A DNA stretch of 64,000 bases from Antedon mediterranea (Eukaryota; Animalia; Echinodermata), in the NCBI RefSeq assembly GCF_964355755.1, contig NC_092674.1, positions 13,206,001-13,270,000 on the forward strand, read 5' to 3'. Position 1 is the first letter of the stretch. Every line of letters starts with the position of its first letter. Positions 1 to 13,519 of the stretch are shown here, piece after piece. The notes under the pieces are model-generated. The model ran no database searches and had not been told where the DNA came from. It saw only the letters and a program-made list of their open reading frames with translations. The translations under genes and the position numbers were made by a program.

Positions 1-2049
1 TCGAATCTTTTTTATTAGTAGTAATAGGGTGTGTTATACATTAAGTGTTATTCCATTGTAATATATTGTTTGTGTTTTCAATAAAGCAACGTGAGGGACG
101 AATAGGCCAGAGGAACGTGCACCTTCTACAGCACTATTCCTGGCCGGCCACTAGTCGAGTTTTTTAGCATAAATTCACGTAATTAATTAGTTTTGTATGC
201 ATAGCTGGTAAAACAACAGTAATATACGAACATCGGACGCTAGCTATGCCTAGCCTGACGTTGTATAGTTGCTGCATTAATTGTATTTCTGTTTTCCAGA
301 ATCTGTAATACAAACTTGGGGAAACCCGGTATTTTCGCTGAAATAAATTCTTCTACTGTATTTATTTTGGACTTCACGATCGATCGAAAGTAGGTGAATC
401 ACAAAAGAAAAACTAAAGAATCAATCCGCGCGTAATGCATGTTGGGATGTTTAGCGGGCCGCTAATAATGATTAGAATCGACTTATTTTTCACATTTTTA
501 ACCGTTCACAGACGAAAAAGGTTATCACAATAGAACCATAGGCCTATAGTATTTATTTTAACATTAAATGTAGGTTGTGACCTTAATAAATTAGATTTAA
601 AAAACGTAGGGAATGGGACTTTAAACATTTTTCATAAGAATGACTTCAAACAGTAATTATGTAAATGTTTAGTGTCAGTAGTAACCAGCTTCTTTCAAAA
701 TTTAATAATTTATTTTCATATTTTTGTCAATTGCATTCTTATAATACTATGTAAGTCTCCGACTGTTACAATTCTGAATTACGAAAATAATTATTCTATT
801 TCACTTCAAAATAGCAACACTTGCTTCTAGAACAGGTAGTAAGCGCCGTATATATTGTATGGTTAATCAGTTTGTATAAATAATTCACAGTACGGTAAAA
901 GCAAGGTTTTCAAAATGCACTGCTTATCTTTAACTAAACTTTGAAACATTTGATATCAGTAGTGGATTAGGGTCACTTTTTGTGGTAAATGCATACTGAT
1001 GCTAATGGTGGAACGATATTTTTATTGTAATAAACCCTAACTAATAATGTAATGAAATATTTATACAAAGGTATACCATTTTTTTCCAACCCTCTGATTA
1101 AAAATGGATCGATCCATTTAGCGGTCTTATAGCATAAACTAGTTTCTATAGTCCTGAGTGTTAACACTCGTTGTCCTGTGTCTGTTGTACTCCACTAGGG
1201 TTGTGTTATACATATAATATTATTATACATTGCCAACTTACCAACTATTGCCACTGGACATGAAAACTGAACAAACTTTCCCGATCCACTCTCAACTCAA
1301 CCAATTCGTAGCTGTTTACAGTACCTGCACTCCTTTGTCTGTTTTCATATTAGTATTTATAATAACAATATGTATGCTTAAATTTATCACAATAATAGTA
1401 ATAGCACAACAACCTTTCCACGGTCTAATGAACTTATTTAGAGATGCTCACATCATTGTGTAGAATTTCAATTCATATTTACAGTCATTCAATTCTATAT
1501 AACCCCAGAAGTAGTCAGGTATCAGATTACATAACTTGTACACAATAATTATAGTATCCTCTTAGAGTGATAACTTCGAGAAACCTAACGTACTCAATAG
1601 GTAAATGTATTTTATTATGTATAATATGAAATTAAAACTCAGAGGATATAGGAAAATAGGTAAAAAAACATCACGATTGTGTAAATCTTTGTTGAATTCA
1701 AGTATTAAGACAGTAGGATATCTTATGGTTATGTTTAGATTGAAAAGAAACTGTTGGAAAGAAAAGAGAACGCATTTATAATATATGTCATTAATTGACG
1801 CTATTTCAAGAAACAAGAATAATAATACTAAAGAACAACATTTTAACATTATAAATCATCATAAAACAGTCAGTCATAAGTCAGTCACATTTTATTCCGC
1901 ATTTACTGACGAAATGTATAAAACCTGTAAACAGAGGGCGCCATCACATTTGCATCCAAGATTCTTACGTCTTTTAGGCAAAGTTGAAAAATAAATAACG
2001 TCAACGATGTTTGTCAAGATCGCATCGTGCTGCACGAAAACTGCTGTAG

Positions 2050-2413
2050 CCCCGAATAGGTTCCCACTTGAACTCGACGCAACGTAACGCAGCGACGAAT
2101 CGACGAAAAGTGCCGTATTGCGTAATCACAAGTGGGAACCGACGACGCAACAGTGCTGCAGACATCAACATGGGAAATCAAATCAGTTTGATTTCACGCA
2201 ACAACGCAAGGCAAAAGAACACTGGAAAACATAGTACAGCGAGTACTTAAAACTACGCGTGGTGAACCAGGTCAAAGTCTACGGCATGTTAACGTTGACG
2301 CGCAACAAACAGGTCAGTGATTTCACGAAGGCGGGACAAACACAATTATTGGAAGGTCAATTGCTTACGTTGCGTAGGTTGCGTTACGTTGCGTCGCTAG
2401 TGGAAAACAAGAT
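2050..2413. mobile_element. Non-autonomous DNA transposon/MITE (PIF/Harbinger-like), copy 1
   Basis: Degenerate inverted ends (ggttcccact... / ...ctagtggaaaac) with GACGCAAC/GTTGCGTC subterminal motifs; shares a core (tgcgtaatcacaagtgggaa...gggaaatcaaatcagtttgattt) with 2593-2900. Confidence 0.5.
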
Positions 2414-2592
2414 TTAAAATTCACGACGCGCGCTTACGTTAATGTTGTTACGAATGTAGACATTTCCTTATTACTTTTTCCCACGCCGACCAGTGTATTT
2501 GGAGATTTTTCTCTGGTTTTTCTCCTTTTCGAGCGGATTATATTATAATTTTTGCACACAAAGTATATGCATAAACAAGTACCTGGTTTTCC

Positions 2593-2900
2593 TAAGGTGT
2601 GGTTCCACTAGGACGGAACGTAACGCAACGCAATGACGTATCGACGCAACGTGCTGTAGTGCGTAATCACAAGTGGGAATCGAACGACGTAACGTTGTGC
2701 AGTTGACAACAAAACAGCGCTGCAAACAGTCGCTACGGGAAATCAAATCAGTTTGATTTTACGCAATAACGTAAGGCAAACGCAAGAGAAACATAGTATA
2801 GCGCATGCTCAGACCATGAAATCAAAAAGTTTTTCGCCTGCTGTTTCGCGGTCATCGCGGTGTCTCCGCAGCTAGTTAGCAGAGGGAGTAGTCTCGACGG
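2593..2900. mobile_element. Second related MITE copy (right end unclear)
   Basis: Starts taaggtgtggttccactagg and repeats the core of 2050-2413 in the same orientation. Confidence 0.45.
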
Positions 2901-4028
2901 GTGGTAGTCCAGGGGAATTTTACACATTATCACTGGGTGGGGTGTGTAGTGTGTGTGTTAGCAAAATGGTTTCAAAATGCGAGGCGGTGTTCATGGATGT
3001 TGTAATACTGAATACTGAATACTGAAATGCTTTATTTGTCCATCATCATCATAAAATAACAACAGAAATTCTTCTTGAAGATTGACAATTATTAGTACAA
3101 TAATAAATAAATATACACTATAATATAGTATGTACACACACATGATTGCACAAAAAATATAAGTTATGAAACACGATGTAAAAAAGACTAGGTAAGACAG
3201 TTTCCATGTCTGTATGACAAATCTTCGATTGGTTTAAAAAAACGGGATACACAACTTGAGGCATGGAAAAGGGTGAAAGAAATTAGTGTTGTTGACAATC
3301 CAGAAACTTTGTATAAAACCATCAGAGATTGGTTTACAAAGGTAGGCATAGGCAGGCCTAGCCCATACATGCCTACAATACATACAATAGGCCTACAAAG
3401 CCTTGGTATAGGGCAAATCTCCCAGGCCTCTATAGGCATAGGCCTATAAGCCTAATTTAAATAATAGGCCTAAATAATAATATTACTGGACCTAGCTAGC
3501 CTAGGTAGAATATATTATTAATAATTATTACCTAGGCTAGGCCTAGCCTATGGGTGGTACGGTATTAGTAGGCCAGGCCTATATTGCAAGGAAATATTCG
3601 TTACCAAAAATAAATGAATAATATTATAATATATATATTTAAATAAAAATAATAAATAATAATATAATAACAAATATAACACTAACATTAATAATAATAA
3701 TATTATAATAAAAGATGATGATGACGATAAACGACAACAGCAGGAGTAATATGTAATATAAATAATTTTGGGATCAGACAGGAACAATCAAGGTTTACTG
3801 TAGCTGAATCCGCAAAGCGGAACATACAAGCAATATTAATTGATAGTTGATGTTTAAATTACATCTAGAGATTACGGAGGTCGGATGTAGACCTAATGAC
3901 AATCTTCGCTTCCACAGCGGCATGTGCGCCCGCTTCGCGCAGGAGGGTCATGCGAGAAGGTGTTAAGTTCTCGGTTATAGAGTAAGAAGAATTTTTAAGC
4001 AATTTCTTGTTGCGAAACACTTCTGCTC

Positions 4029-4568
4029 GATGGGTCCCATATATATTAGATATGGGCTGGCCCATATTATGTATTAGCCCAGAAGTTTGGCAGATGGGTC
4101 CCATATCGATTATTATATGGGCTTGCCCATATGCATTACCCCATATTTTTGGTAGATGGGTCCCATATATATTAGATATGGGCTGGCCCATATGTATTAA
4201 CCCAGACGTTTGGCTGATGGTTCCCATATAGATTATATATGGGCTTGCCCATATGTATTACCCTAGATGTTTGGCAGATGGGTTAGTTAAGGTCCTATGT
4301 AAAGCACCTAGAGGGGTCAGTGATCCATTAGGCGCTATATAAATACTGTTTATTATTATTATTATTATGGGTCGCATATAGAATATATATGGGCTTGCCC
4401 ATATATATCAGCCCATATTTTTGGCAAATGGGTGCCACATTGGTTTATCATGGGGCAAACCCATATGGGATATCCCATATGGGGTCTTTATTTTTTAAAT
4501 ATGGGATTTCCCATATGAGATGGCCCAGATATTTAAGTCATGTGCCCCATATGGGCTTGCTACCTGGG
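4029..4568. repeat. ~61-64 bp tandem array ending in a CTGGG-TA terminus (probable end of a non-autonomous EnSpm/CACTA-like element)
   Basis: Units start gatggg(t/tt)cccatat at ~4029, 4093, 4155, 4216; palindromic cccatatggg motifs; ends ...cttgctacctggg|ta at 4568. Only one terminus is visible. Confidence 0.6.
4283..4368 (+). mobile_element. L2-type LINE/SINE 3' tail
   Basis: tgtaaagcacctagag...taggcgctatataaat stem-loop-like motif followed by (TTA)n, inserted in the array. Confidence 0.6.
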
Positions 4569-5539
4569 TACTTGACAAATGCTTGCTTCAGACCTTTTGT
4601 ACTCGCAATGCTAAACAAATGTTCATGGGCTCCCGGACTAACTGTTTCGCGCTTCCAAACGTTGTTTAAACTAAATAGTGTATTAATTATACCAAATAGG
4701 ATGGTATTTATTGAAATAAACGCCCAACAGCTCCCCAATAAACATCACTTAGAATAATAATCGCCAATCCACATTGCACAGTGTATTGTATTTATAACAC
4801 AATTACATTGTAGTAGAATTCATTGACTACAATTTACCAAGCATTTTTTTTTACCACTTTTCATATCTATTAGAGGATTTTATTTGATTATAACTATTAC
4901 CATATTAAAACTAAAACATTAAACGTATCCCTCGAATAAGCACCTACCTCAATGAAATCCGCCCCACCTCTTCCCCAAAAGGCCAACCTCCCCCCCCCCT
5001 CCTTCCTAGAGGGGGAGGGAAGCGAGCTCACCCTCTAGTGTTAAAATTTGTTGTTTTTTTTATTAAATGTGTACATGCTTTTAAAAAATGTACACTTATT
5101 TAGAATAAAAACGTAATGATCTGTAGTTTCAAGACTTTTTGTTAATGCCACCAACTCTCTTTTTTTGTGTGTTTGTCGCCCTCTACTTGGAAAAGGTTGT
5201 CAATAGAAAATTAATATGGCTGCGCCCATGCAAGCATGTTGAGATGTTGGCTAAACTAGTTATTTGCAGTATAAAACAATCACATAGAAGCTATTAAACA
5301 TTAAGGAATATGCAATGTAGTTGTCCATATCAGAGACATTCAACTGTACGGTAAATATCTGTACCCCTTTGATTGAGTGGATCAGGTGCCTTTTTCGGCC
5401 ACCTCGACTTATCTGGACTATACCATTATTATGATAGGGGTGTGGTGTATTATGTTTTATGTAGAGAAGGGTGTCTATTGAATGGGAAGACAATACAATT
5501 GTTCTGTTATGTAACCTACAGTACAAACTACAAGGAACA

Positions 5540-6640
5540 ATACAGAACATCAAAAACTAGCATTTTAAAAAGGCATGTTATTATTAGGTAGGCCTACTGT
5601 GTTAGGGAATGCCAAGATTTTGTTAGAATATTACTATATTAACTAAATATATTTTATATAAAACAAATTGTATAGACAAATTTAATGAAGAACCATCTAC
5701 TAACTGGATAAAGCCATTTAGGAAAAATAAAAAACAAGTTGATCATAACGAGTGGTTTTCAAAGGCCCAAAGCAAAACAAAATTCCATGCAAAACAACGT
5801 TAACGGAATATACTATGTATAAAGGAACCAAACCTTGAACAATATTTGTTAGATAAAACTAATTTTAAGAGTATCAATTTAAAATTTAAAGCAAGATCAA
5901 ACTCTCTAGATCTTGAGGGTCGTAGAAAATCCTGGTCAAATCATAACACAGGATTATGTAAGATGTGTACAGTACAAACGAAAAAGAAACAGTAAACCAT
6001 TTTTTATTTAAATGTCCTTCATTAAACTCTGTTAGACAATAATTAAGTATGTACCGGGATAATTTTAATCAGTGGACCTCAGTTAAAACACCACTTTATG
6101 CTAGACAATTTATTCACTGAAAATGAAACATTAGGAAAAATCTTTGATTTTTATTGTAAAACATATTTAATGAAAGCATGGGTTACTAGATCTAAAATTT
6201 TATCAACATTACCTCTCTCAACTAATTGATTAATATAGTAAACAAGCTACAGACATCTCTATGAGGATGTATCTGTAAGTTTTATTTATTTCTTAGGCCT
6301 ATCCTGTATTTTTGTTGTTCTGTTTTTATTTTTGTAGTTATATATATTGTACAATATACGTATTATGTATTTTCATACAGATCTAATTAATTAGTTTACA
6401 TTTTGTTTTGATGTTATGTATTAGTATTTAGAACTTTGTGGCTTATGTTATTTGTAATTTTGTCTGTAAATTGGATGCACCATAAACTGATAAATGTGTG
6501 ACGCCGATATAAAGATTAAGATTTTTTTTTCTCTATTTTGCTATGGATATTATATTATGTCACCATGATATTCCGAAATAAAAAGATAAATGAAATGAAT
6601 GAATGAAAAGGTGATTCCTATGAATAAATAAATAAATAAA
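5540..6640 (+). mobile_element. Degenerate 3' part of a non-LTR retrotransposon with a C-terminal Cys/His finger (RTE-X-like)
   Basis: Fragments KFKARSNSLDLEGRRKSW...GLCKMC...ETVNHFLFKCP at ~5880-6020; tail aataaaaagataaaatgaaatgaatgaatgaaa near 6577-6610. The 5' boundary is approximate. Confidence 0.55.
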
Positions 6641-7074
6641 AACTATATAAGTAGGTATACTTACTTATTATATATAAAAACTAAACTAAACACTACAGTA
6701 TAATCAAAATTAAAGCATATTAAATACTAGGCCTCTGTTATTCCTATCTGGATTTAAACACTTTAAATTTTAGTACAATCGAATTCGAAATTAGAAAATT
6801 TTAAATACTACAATACAATCGGAATTAAAACATCCTAAATACTACATTACAATCGGTTAAATTACCTAAACTCTATAATGTTGTGAAATATGTAAAAGAA
6901 TGTTGGCAAATGCATTCTAATCGGCCCAATCCTATCGGTAGATAAATCATATTTTTTATTTTCTTGAACTAAACATAAATAAAACGAAAGAAATAAGGAT
7001 TGATTTTCGAAAACATAATTGGTCTGACAGTATACATTAATTAAAGTAAAGGAAGTAGAGATTGTTAACAATTA

Positions 7075-7445
7075 TTGATAAGTATCTGGCAGTAGTGTTT
7101 GACTAAAGCTAAATGGGTGGACATGTTGATCGTAGTTAAGAAGTTAAATACAAGGCTGTACTGCTTGAGCTAGGAAACTCGGTTCTTTGGGGTAAAGCAG
7201 GATATTTGTACTATAGAATGTTTATGTTTTACTAATCAGTGATGTTCTATTTGGGCATATTGTATATTGGGCTAGGAATATCAGTAAGGGAATGTAAGGG
7301 GGATAAAGACCGAATTGAGAAGGTGCTGGGTAGAGCGTGGAAAGTAATTGGTTTGTCTAGTATGCAAATGCTTGACTCCTTCTACAGCGAACAGCTTGCC
7401 GATGTATTCCATGCTATATTGGAAGACACCAATCATCCGCATGGC
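7075..7445 (+). mobile_element. Rex1/Babar-type LINE RT 3' fragment
   Basis: Decayed KYLAVV...KKLNTRLYCL...GDKDRIEKVLGRAWKVIG...ILEDTNHP aligns with the C-terminus of ORF 14722-16038. Confidence 0.7.
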
Positions 7446-8323
7446 GACATTATCAGCTCCGTTTTACATTCGCTATTATAACGTTTTGATGCAAACGTTG
7501 TTCAATTAAAACATGTATTTCTACACAGAAACGTTTAAAAACGTGTTTAAAACATTTTAGAAAGACCAAACCTAAAAACATGCAATGTCAAACGCTGTGT
7601 TTTCTCGGAACAAAATGGTACAGATTCATTGACAAAATTATAATGTTTATTTGTTTTACTTATTACCTAATAATCAGTATGTGATAAATGTACTACTGTC
7701 ATCTTTATTAAATGTACTACTGTGTTATCGTTGGGTAAATTATATTTTTTATTTGTAACTGGAATAAAAACTTTCTTTATATACTTTCTGTATTTATAAA
7801 TCTGTAAAAATTATATAGAAATAAAGAGCCATAATATACTGCATTAACTTGAAAACTGACATTAATTCTACAGCATGCAGGGCGTAGTTGTTTTCCCTTT
7901 GTTGCTGAAACAACAAGAAAAACAAAAGAACAAAAGGAGCAGTATTTTAACACATTAACACACTCAATTAATAAATGGGACACCCCTATTTTCCCATCTT
8001 TTTATAATGGTATAGTCCATACAAGTCGAGGTGGCCGAAAACGGCACCTGATCCGATTGAGTTTACATGTTACCGTTTTATTTGCTATGTTTGTGTTTAT
8101 AAATTATCATGCCCTCTAGCTAGCTATATGCCTACCTAGGGGTAGTAACAAAGTGCGAGGCAGCGAGGCACGCGAGGCAGGGAAGGCATGCGAGGCAAGT
8201 CAGAAATTTATGCGAGGCATCGTTTTACCATCATCAAAAAATGCGAGGCATCATTTTATCATTTCTCAAAATTGCAAGGCAGGAAATCACCGAAATTGAA
8301 GTAGCCTAGGCCTAGGCCCGCTA

Positions 8324-9229
8324 GCGATTTTTTTTTTCGTACATAAGTTGGGGACCCCCTCATGAAACGTCACAAAATAAACATGCATAATTCATCAGTT
8401 AATTAATGTTCTTGTTCCGTGTGCACCCAAGCGTATAGCAACAAGAAGCGATTACACAAGTGCGGTACGATTCTAGGCCTATCTCCGCGCTGTTGTTGCG
8501 GCGTGCGATTTCATAGAAGAATAGCGGCGTTTTGTGTGGATTGTCGAAATAATCAGCCTTTAGTTTATGATAGTGTTTTTAATATAATTTATTACTAAAG
8601 AATTACGTGTTAAAATTATAGTTTCTATTAATACTATTAGGCCTAGGCCTAATTATTAGTCTCTAAACATATGTCTATTCTAGTAGAGCTGTGTGTGTGA
8701 CGTGTGTGTGTATAGGTATGACACAATCCGAGTAATAAGTCAGCAAAATTAAACAATAAACATTACACAAAAATACAGTTTTTATTCTCGTCCAATCTTC
8801 CCATCTCATGTGTTCATATACGCGCATTTTTAAAGTTCCTTTGAGTACACATGCATTGTTTGATAATAAAATAGCAGAATTTAAAAAAATACAGTACACA
8901 AATTATACACATTCTTTATTCTTGTGGGTCTAAGCTTTCTTTGGGCTATGTCCAATGAATTACTACTTAGTTTAATGTCTTGCCTAGCTGTCGATTAGCC
9001 TCGACTCGACACATTTTGTGTGAAGAAGAGTGCGCGAAGGCAATCGCGTGAATTGACTTAGAATCCTAGGCCTACTGTAGAAAGTATCGTATCGCAGTTG
9101 TGTAATCGCTTCTTGTTGCTATACGCTTGGGTGCACACGGAACAACACATTTAACTGATGAATTATTCATGTTTATTTTGTGACGTTTCATGAGGGGGTC
9201 CCCAACTTATGTACGAAAAAAAAAATCGC
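8324..9229. mobile_element. Nested MITE, ~150-bp TIRs, 9-bp TSD (MULE-like)
   Basis: gcgattttt...cgtacataagttggggaccccctcatgaaacgtcacaaaataaacatg is inverted at ~9090-9229; TSD GGCCCGCTA at 8315-8323 and 9230-9238. Confidence 0.9.
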
Positions 9230-9239
9230 GGCCCGCTAG

Positions 9240-10072
9240 GCTAGTTTCCTTTTGCACCTGCCTTGTATTTTAACCAACTTTATCCTGAATACCACAGCCT
9301 ATTAGAATTAGTAGGCCTACTTTAATGAAGAAAAATCACATAAAAGTAACAATAAATCCATTAAATTGGTGATTTTACAGACGTTGTTTTTCTCGCATTT
9401 CGCACACTCAATGTTCAATATTTTGGTTTCTATGGAACGCCAAAAGAGCAAAATTAATTAGAGGGCTAAAAACTCTGTGGAATCCATTTATATTTAACGC
9501 ATTATTTGGTGAAAATCAAGTACAATTTCAATAGATTTTGTCACTGTCAGTAAGGAAAAATGTTACTGTTGATAATGTACACGGTTTCGTTACCTTTTAA
9601 AGAATAAAATAGAAAAATTCATCATAATATCCTTAGTAGGATGTCCTAGGTCTAGACTAGGTAGTGATGTTGATTTAGGATCGATTATTATTCTTTGAAA
9701 ACAGAACAGTATCAGCAGTAACATATTACAACATTTTTATTGACAAATTAACAAATATATTGAAATAAAACGTGTTTTTCACCAATAAATGCATGAGAAA
9801 TTGACGCATTCCACTGAGTTTTAGTCCTCTATTATCGTTGCTCTTTTGGCGCTCCATAAAAACAAAAATATTGAACATTGAATAAGTGAAATTCGCGAAC
9901 AGTGTGCGAGAAACACGACTGTAAAATCATTAATTTAAGGATTTATTTGTTACTTTTTATGTGATTCTTTCATTAAAGTACTCATGAGGTATACTTCTAA
10001 GGTGTGGTATATACACGATAAAGTTAGTTATTTATCAAATTTGGAGTAAAAATACAAGCGAAGGAAACTAGC
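9240..10072. mobile_element. Older MITE/foldback with ~300-bp diverged TIRs
   Basis: gctagtttcctt...tactttaatgaa...aatcacataaaagtaacaataaatcc...tcaatgttcaatattt is mirrored at ~9740-10072 (...aaggaaactagc). No clear TSD. Confidence 0.7.
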
Positions 10073-12498
10073 GCCAGGTTTATTAGTACGTACATGGACA
10101 ACAATAAATAAAAATCGTTCGTAATATACCTAGCTTACTAAAACAGGAATAGTGTATCATTATTAAATATTACACCAATTATTATTTTATCAAAATTGAT
10201 TAGATTATTTTCTACATAGGCCTCTTATCTAGGTTAGGGCTAAGCATATTAGCTAAAGTTTAATTTTAGGCCTAGTATTACAAGTCTTTTTTCACACGCG
10301 CTCCAGAATTCTGTTGCAATTTTTTTCTTTGCGGCATGTTATTGGATCGGCATATCAGTTACCTTTTATTCACCGCCAGTTATTGAACTTGTCCTGGCAA
10401 TCGCTGTTCACTTTATTTGCGAAAGAGGTACACGTGTTGTTCCTAGAGAATGGAATGTCAAAAAATGTCTTTGGCACGCCGCTCAGAGAGAAGTCTGTGC
10501 GTTGCTGCTGAAACCACGTGCTATAGGAGGGGAATGCACCACAATCCTCTGAGCTGAGGGCTGAATCATTCCGCTACCTGCTAAATAGTAAAGAGGGATT
10601 TTCCATCTCTCGGGTCTACCGGATCTAGGCGCAGGGGTGTGACAAAATATTATTTTCACTCTGCTATGTTCGAGAGACATGTGAGTAAAATAAAATAAAC
10701 AACATGATGAGTGTATACACGAATCTATTTAGATACGCTTGTATCGATTGATTATTAGGCCTATAATATAGCATAATAGCACGTTAAGATATGCCTCGCA
10801 CCTTTTTGAAATTGTAAACTATATGCCTCGCATGCCTCGCACTTTTGGAAATGATAAAATGATGCCTCGCACAAATATTTGGCATGCCGCGCTTGCCTCG
10901 CGTGCCTCGCTGCCTCGCACTTTGTCAACACTCCCTACCTAGGCCTAGGCCTGGCCCTAGCTAGGCCTAGCCTAGTTCTGGTCTAGCCTAGGCCTAGCCC
11001 CTTTATCTTATGTATGTTTGATTACTATTGCAGTTAATCATTGAAGATCATATCAGGTCAACGCATTTTAAATTAACAGTAACCAAGTTGTCTCTGTGTG
11101 TTTGTATTGCAGCCTAGGGCCTACATCATTATTATTGTACTGTATTGTCAATGAATGAGGATCATTCACAATTAAGAAAGTGTACAACCAGTTGATTTGT
11201 ATGCATGTTATCAGTTTTTGTTATTTTAATCAAATGTGTACATTCTTATAAATGTACACTTATTTATAATAAAACAACATAACAATCTTGAGTTTCAAAC
11301 AAGATTGAATTCATGCTTGTTGAGAAACAAATTATGGGATCTTTATAGAGGACGGTATATACTATAATTACTCATCAATCATATTAATTTAAACTGTTGA
11401 AATACACTGGCGTACTCATTTTTTATTTGCTTGAATTTGTAGTTACTTACATTTTTCAACCATTGTCTGTTTCTTTTTTAGACGTGACAATCCATGTTTT
11501 CTAGAGGGAGATTTTTGTGAACAACCTTATGGTTTTAGAAATGTCATTCCACTGGTTGATGATATTAATTTATTTGAGGTAAAATATACTCTGTTGAGTT
11601 CCTAGACTTTGTTTCTATTGGCATGATGGCTATATTAAATGCTACTGACATGGCTCAGGATTTAATGCTCTAAGCTAAGCACACATTAAACACATCACTT
11701 GCTCACACAAAACAACCCCATTCATCGAATTGAAGACTTTTACTTACCAAATTTACTATTTTATATCATGTGACATTAGTAATTTTGTTGCATTCAGTGA
11801 TAAATTAACAGTGACATTCAATGGTCCCATTCAACGGGCAAGTGAAAATGGTGAGCTTTGTTGTCATGTAATAAGCCCAAAAATGTGAAAACCAACCAAT
11901 ATAGGCTTGGCTAAAATGTGAGCCTTGCTTTTTGCATGGACTTTAAATACCAAATTGTCTTGACCATTTTATGTTTTTTTATAATTGCACATACTTTTTT
12001 TTTTAGAGAACACTTAAAGATCAAACCTTTTCAATGAGTCTTGATAGACCCGAGGGTGGACTTGATGCCCTGATGCAAGCTACTGTCTACAGGGTATCTA
12101 ATTTTACCTATTTACTTATTGGTAGTTTGTATGCTAAATTAACCTAAATAATATTGATGGATCAAAAGTAGTTTATTATTTTATGTTTATATTGATTTAT
12201 CTATCAAGCAAAGGATGTGTCAATACTATTAATTTAATTTTAATGTATTAACAATGTATAATTTATTTCTCTATACAATAGTGGGCCTACTGTGATCGTA
12301 CTGTTTACAATGTTTTTGTTTGATTTGTGTTTAATTTAACTGTTTCTTTTGACTAAGTTTTATAAGTTAAAAAACATTTGATGTAATTGATTTTTCAGGA
12401 GCATATTGGTTGGCGTAATTATTCAAGACATTTTATTATTTATATGAGTGATGCAGGATTTCACTTCGCACTTGATGGCAAGGTTTGTAGAAAAAACC

Positions 12499-12760
12499 CA
12501 TCATTTGAGGGGGTAGCCAGCTCATTTGAGGGGTAGCTGGCTCATTTGGGGGGTAGCCGGATCATTTGAGGTGTAACTGGCTCATTTGAGGGGTAACTGG
12601 CTCATTTGAGGGGTAGCCGGCTTTTGAGGGGTAACTGTATCATTTGAGGGGTAGCTGGCTCATTTGAGGTGTAACTGTATCATTTTAGGGGTAGCTGTCT
12701 CATTTGATGTTTGCTGGATTATTTGAGGGGTAGCTGACGCATTTGAAGGGTAGCTGGCTA
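12499..12760. repeat. 20-bp minisatellite (ctcatttgaggggtagctgg)n in an integrin intron
   Basis: About 13 imperfect tandem units starting just after the exon donor. Confidence 0.9.
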
Positions 12761-13303
12761 AAATATTTAGTCATAATTTAATTATTGTAAATAATTAATA
12801 TTATTATATAAACTATTTACAGATAAAAAAAATTCTAAATTAAGACCAAAGATGTGGATAATTTCCATGTGGGAGAGTGGAGATGTATCTGCTGTGTGTA
12901 GCAATTTTTCCTACTTTTGTATTTTGTACCATTTATGAATTAATTTTCAAACTTATTATACCACATTGATTTAAAAGAAATGAGGGAAACATTTTTGTTT
13001 TCTTATATACCACATTTTGAGTGAGTTCATAAGTGGAAGAAAAAAAAAATTACAACCAAATGTTTTTAATTTTTCTTTTAGGTTGGCGGGCTGACCTTAC
13101 CAAACGATGGTGAATGTCATTTAGATGATGATCAAGGATATTATACTCATTCTGTAAAAAATGTAACTAATTTTCTGATTTACTTTTCTGATTTAATTTA
13201 TCATTGTTGTGTTACTTATGTAAATACGGACAATAGTCCAAATACGAAATTGAATTGAAATCATATAAAAAACTCAATTAATTAAATTACAATAATAATA
13301 ATA

Positions 13304-13478
13304 CGGTCAACTCTACCAACTCTACCAACTGAACTCTCTGAAAACTGGAAACTTTCCCAAAACCAGACGTTTCTTGAATTAAAAATTAATTTTTACCATT
13401 AAAAACAAATTCTGAATACCAGAATTGCCAGACATTTTAGCCCAGCCCAAAGATTTCTGATATTGGGAGAGTTGACTG
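13304..13478. mobile_element. Tc1/mariner(pogo)-like MITE
   Basis: ta|cggtcaactct ... agagttgactg|ta: short TIRs with TA on both sides. Confidence 0.7.
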
Positions 13479-13519
13479 TATTATCTATTAAAAATCCACA
13501 TAATTCTATCAGAGGGGAA

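Larger units (their letters stand above)
3865..4700 (-). mobile_element. LINE ORF1 C-terminal fragment (L2/CR1-type), interrupted by a repeat array
   Basis: Minus strand reads ...KQAFVK[insertion]RAEVFRNKKLLKNSSYSITENLTPSR, resembling the ORF1 signature 'IIVKF...KKLK...I.E.LT..R'. Confidence 0.5.
5379..8054. mobile_element. Non-autonomous DNA transposon with ~50-bp TIRs and 8-bp TSD (Merlin-like by GG termini and TSD length)
   Basis: Left TIR ggatcaggtgcctttttcggccacctcgacttatctggactataccattat; right TIR ataatggtatagtccatacaagtcgaggtggccgaaaacggcacctgatcc; TSD GATTGAGT at 5371-5378 and 8055-8062. Confidence 0.85.
8140..10933. mobile_element. Non-autonomous MULE/Mutator-like element with 9-bp TSD
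   Basis: Ends gggtagtaacaaagtgcgaggcagcgaggcacgcgaggca / gcctcgcgtgcctcgctgcctcgcactttgtcaacactc; ~150-190 bp imperfect TIRs built from TGCGAGGCA motifs; TSD CCTACCTAG at 8131-8139 and 10934-10942. Confidence 0.85.

Noticed and set aside
973-3787. Short ORFs in the first 4 kb
   Set aside because: Low-complexity AT-rich or MITE-derived, with no motifs or exon structure.
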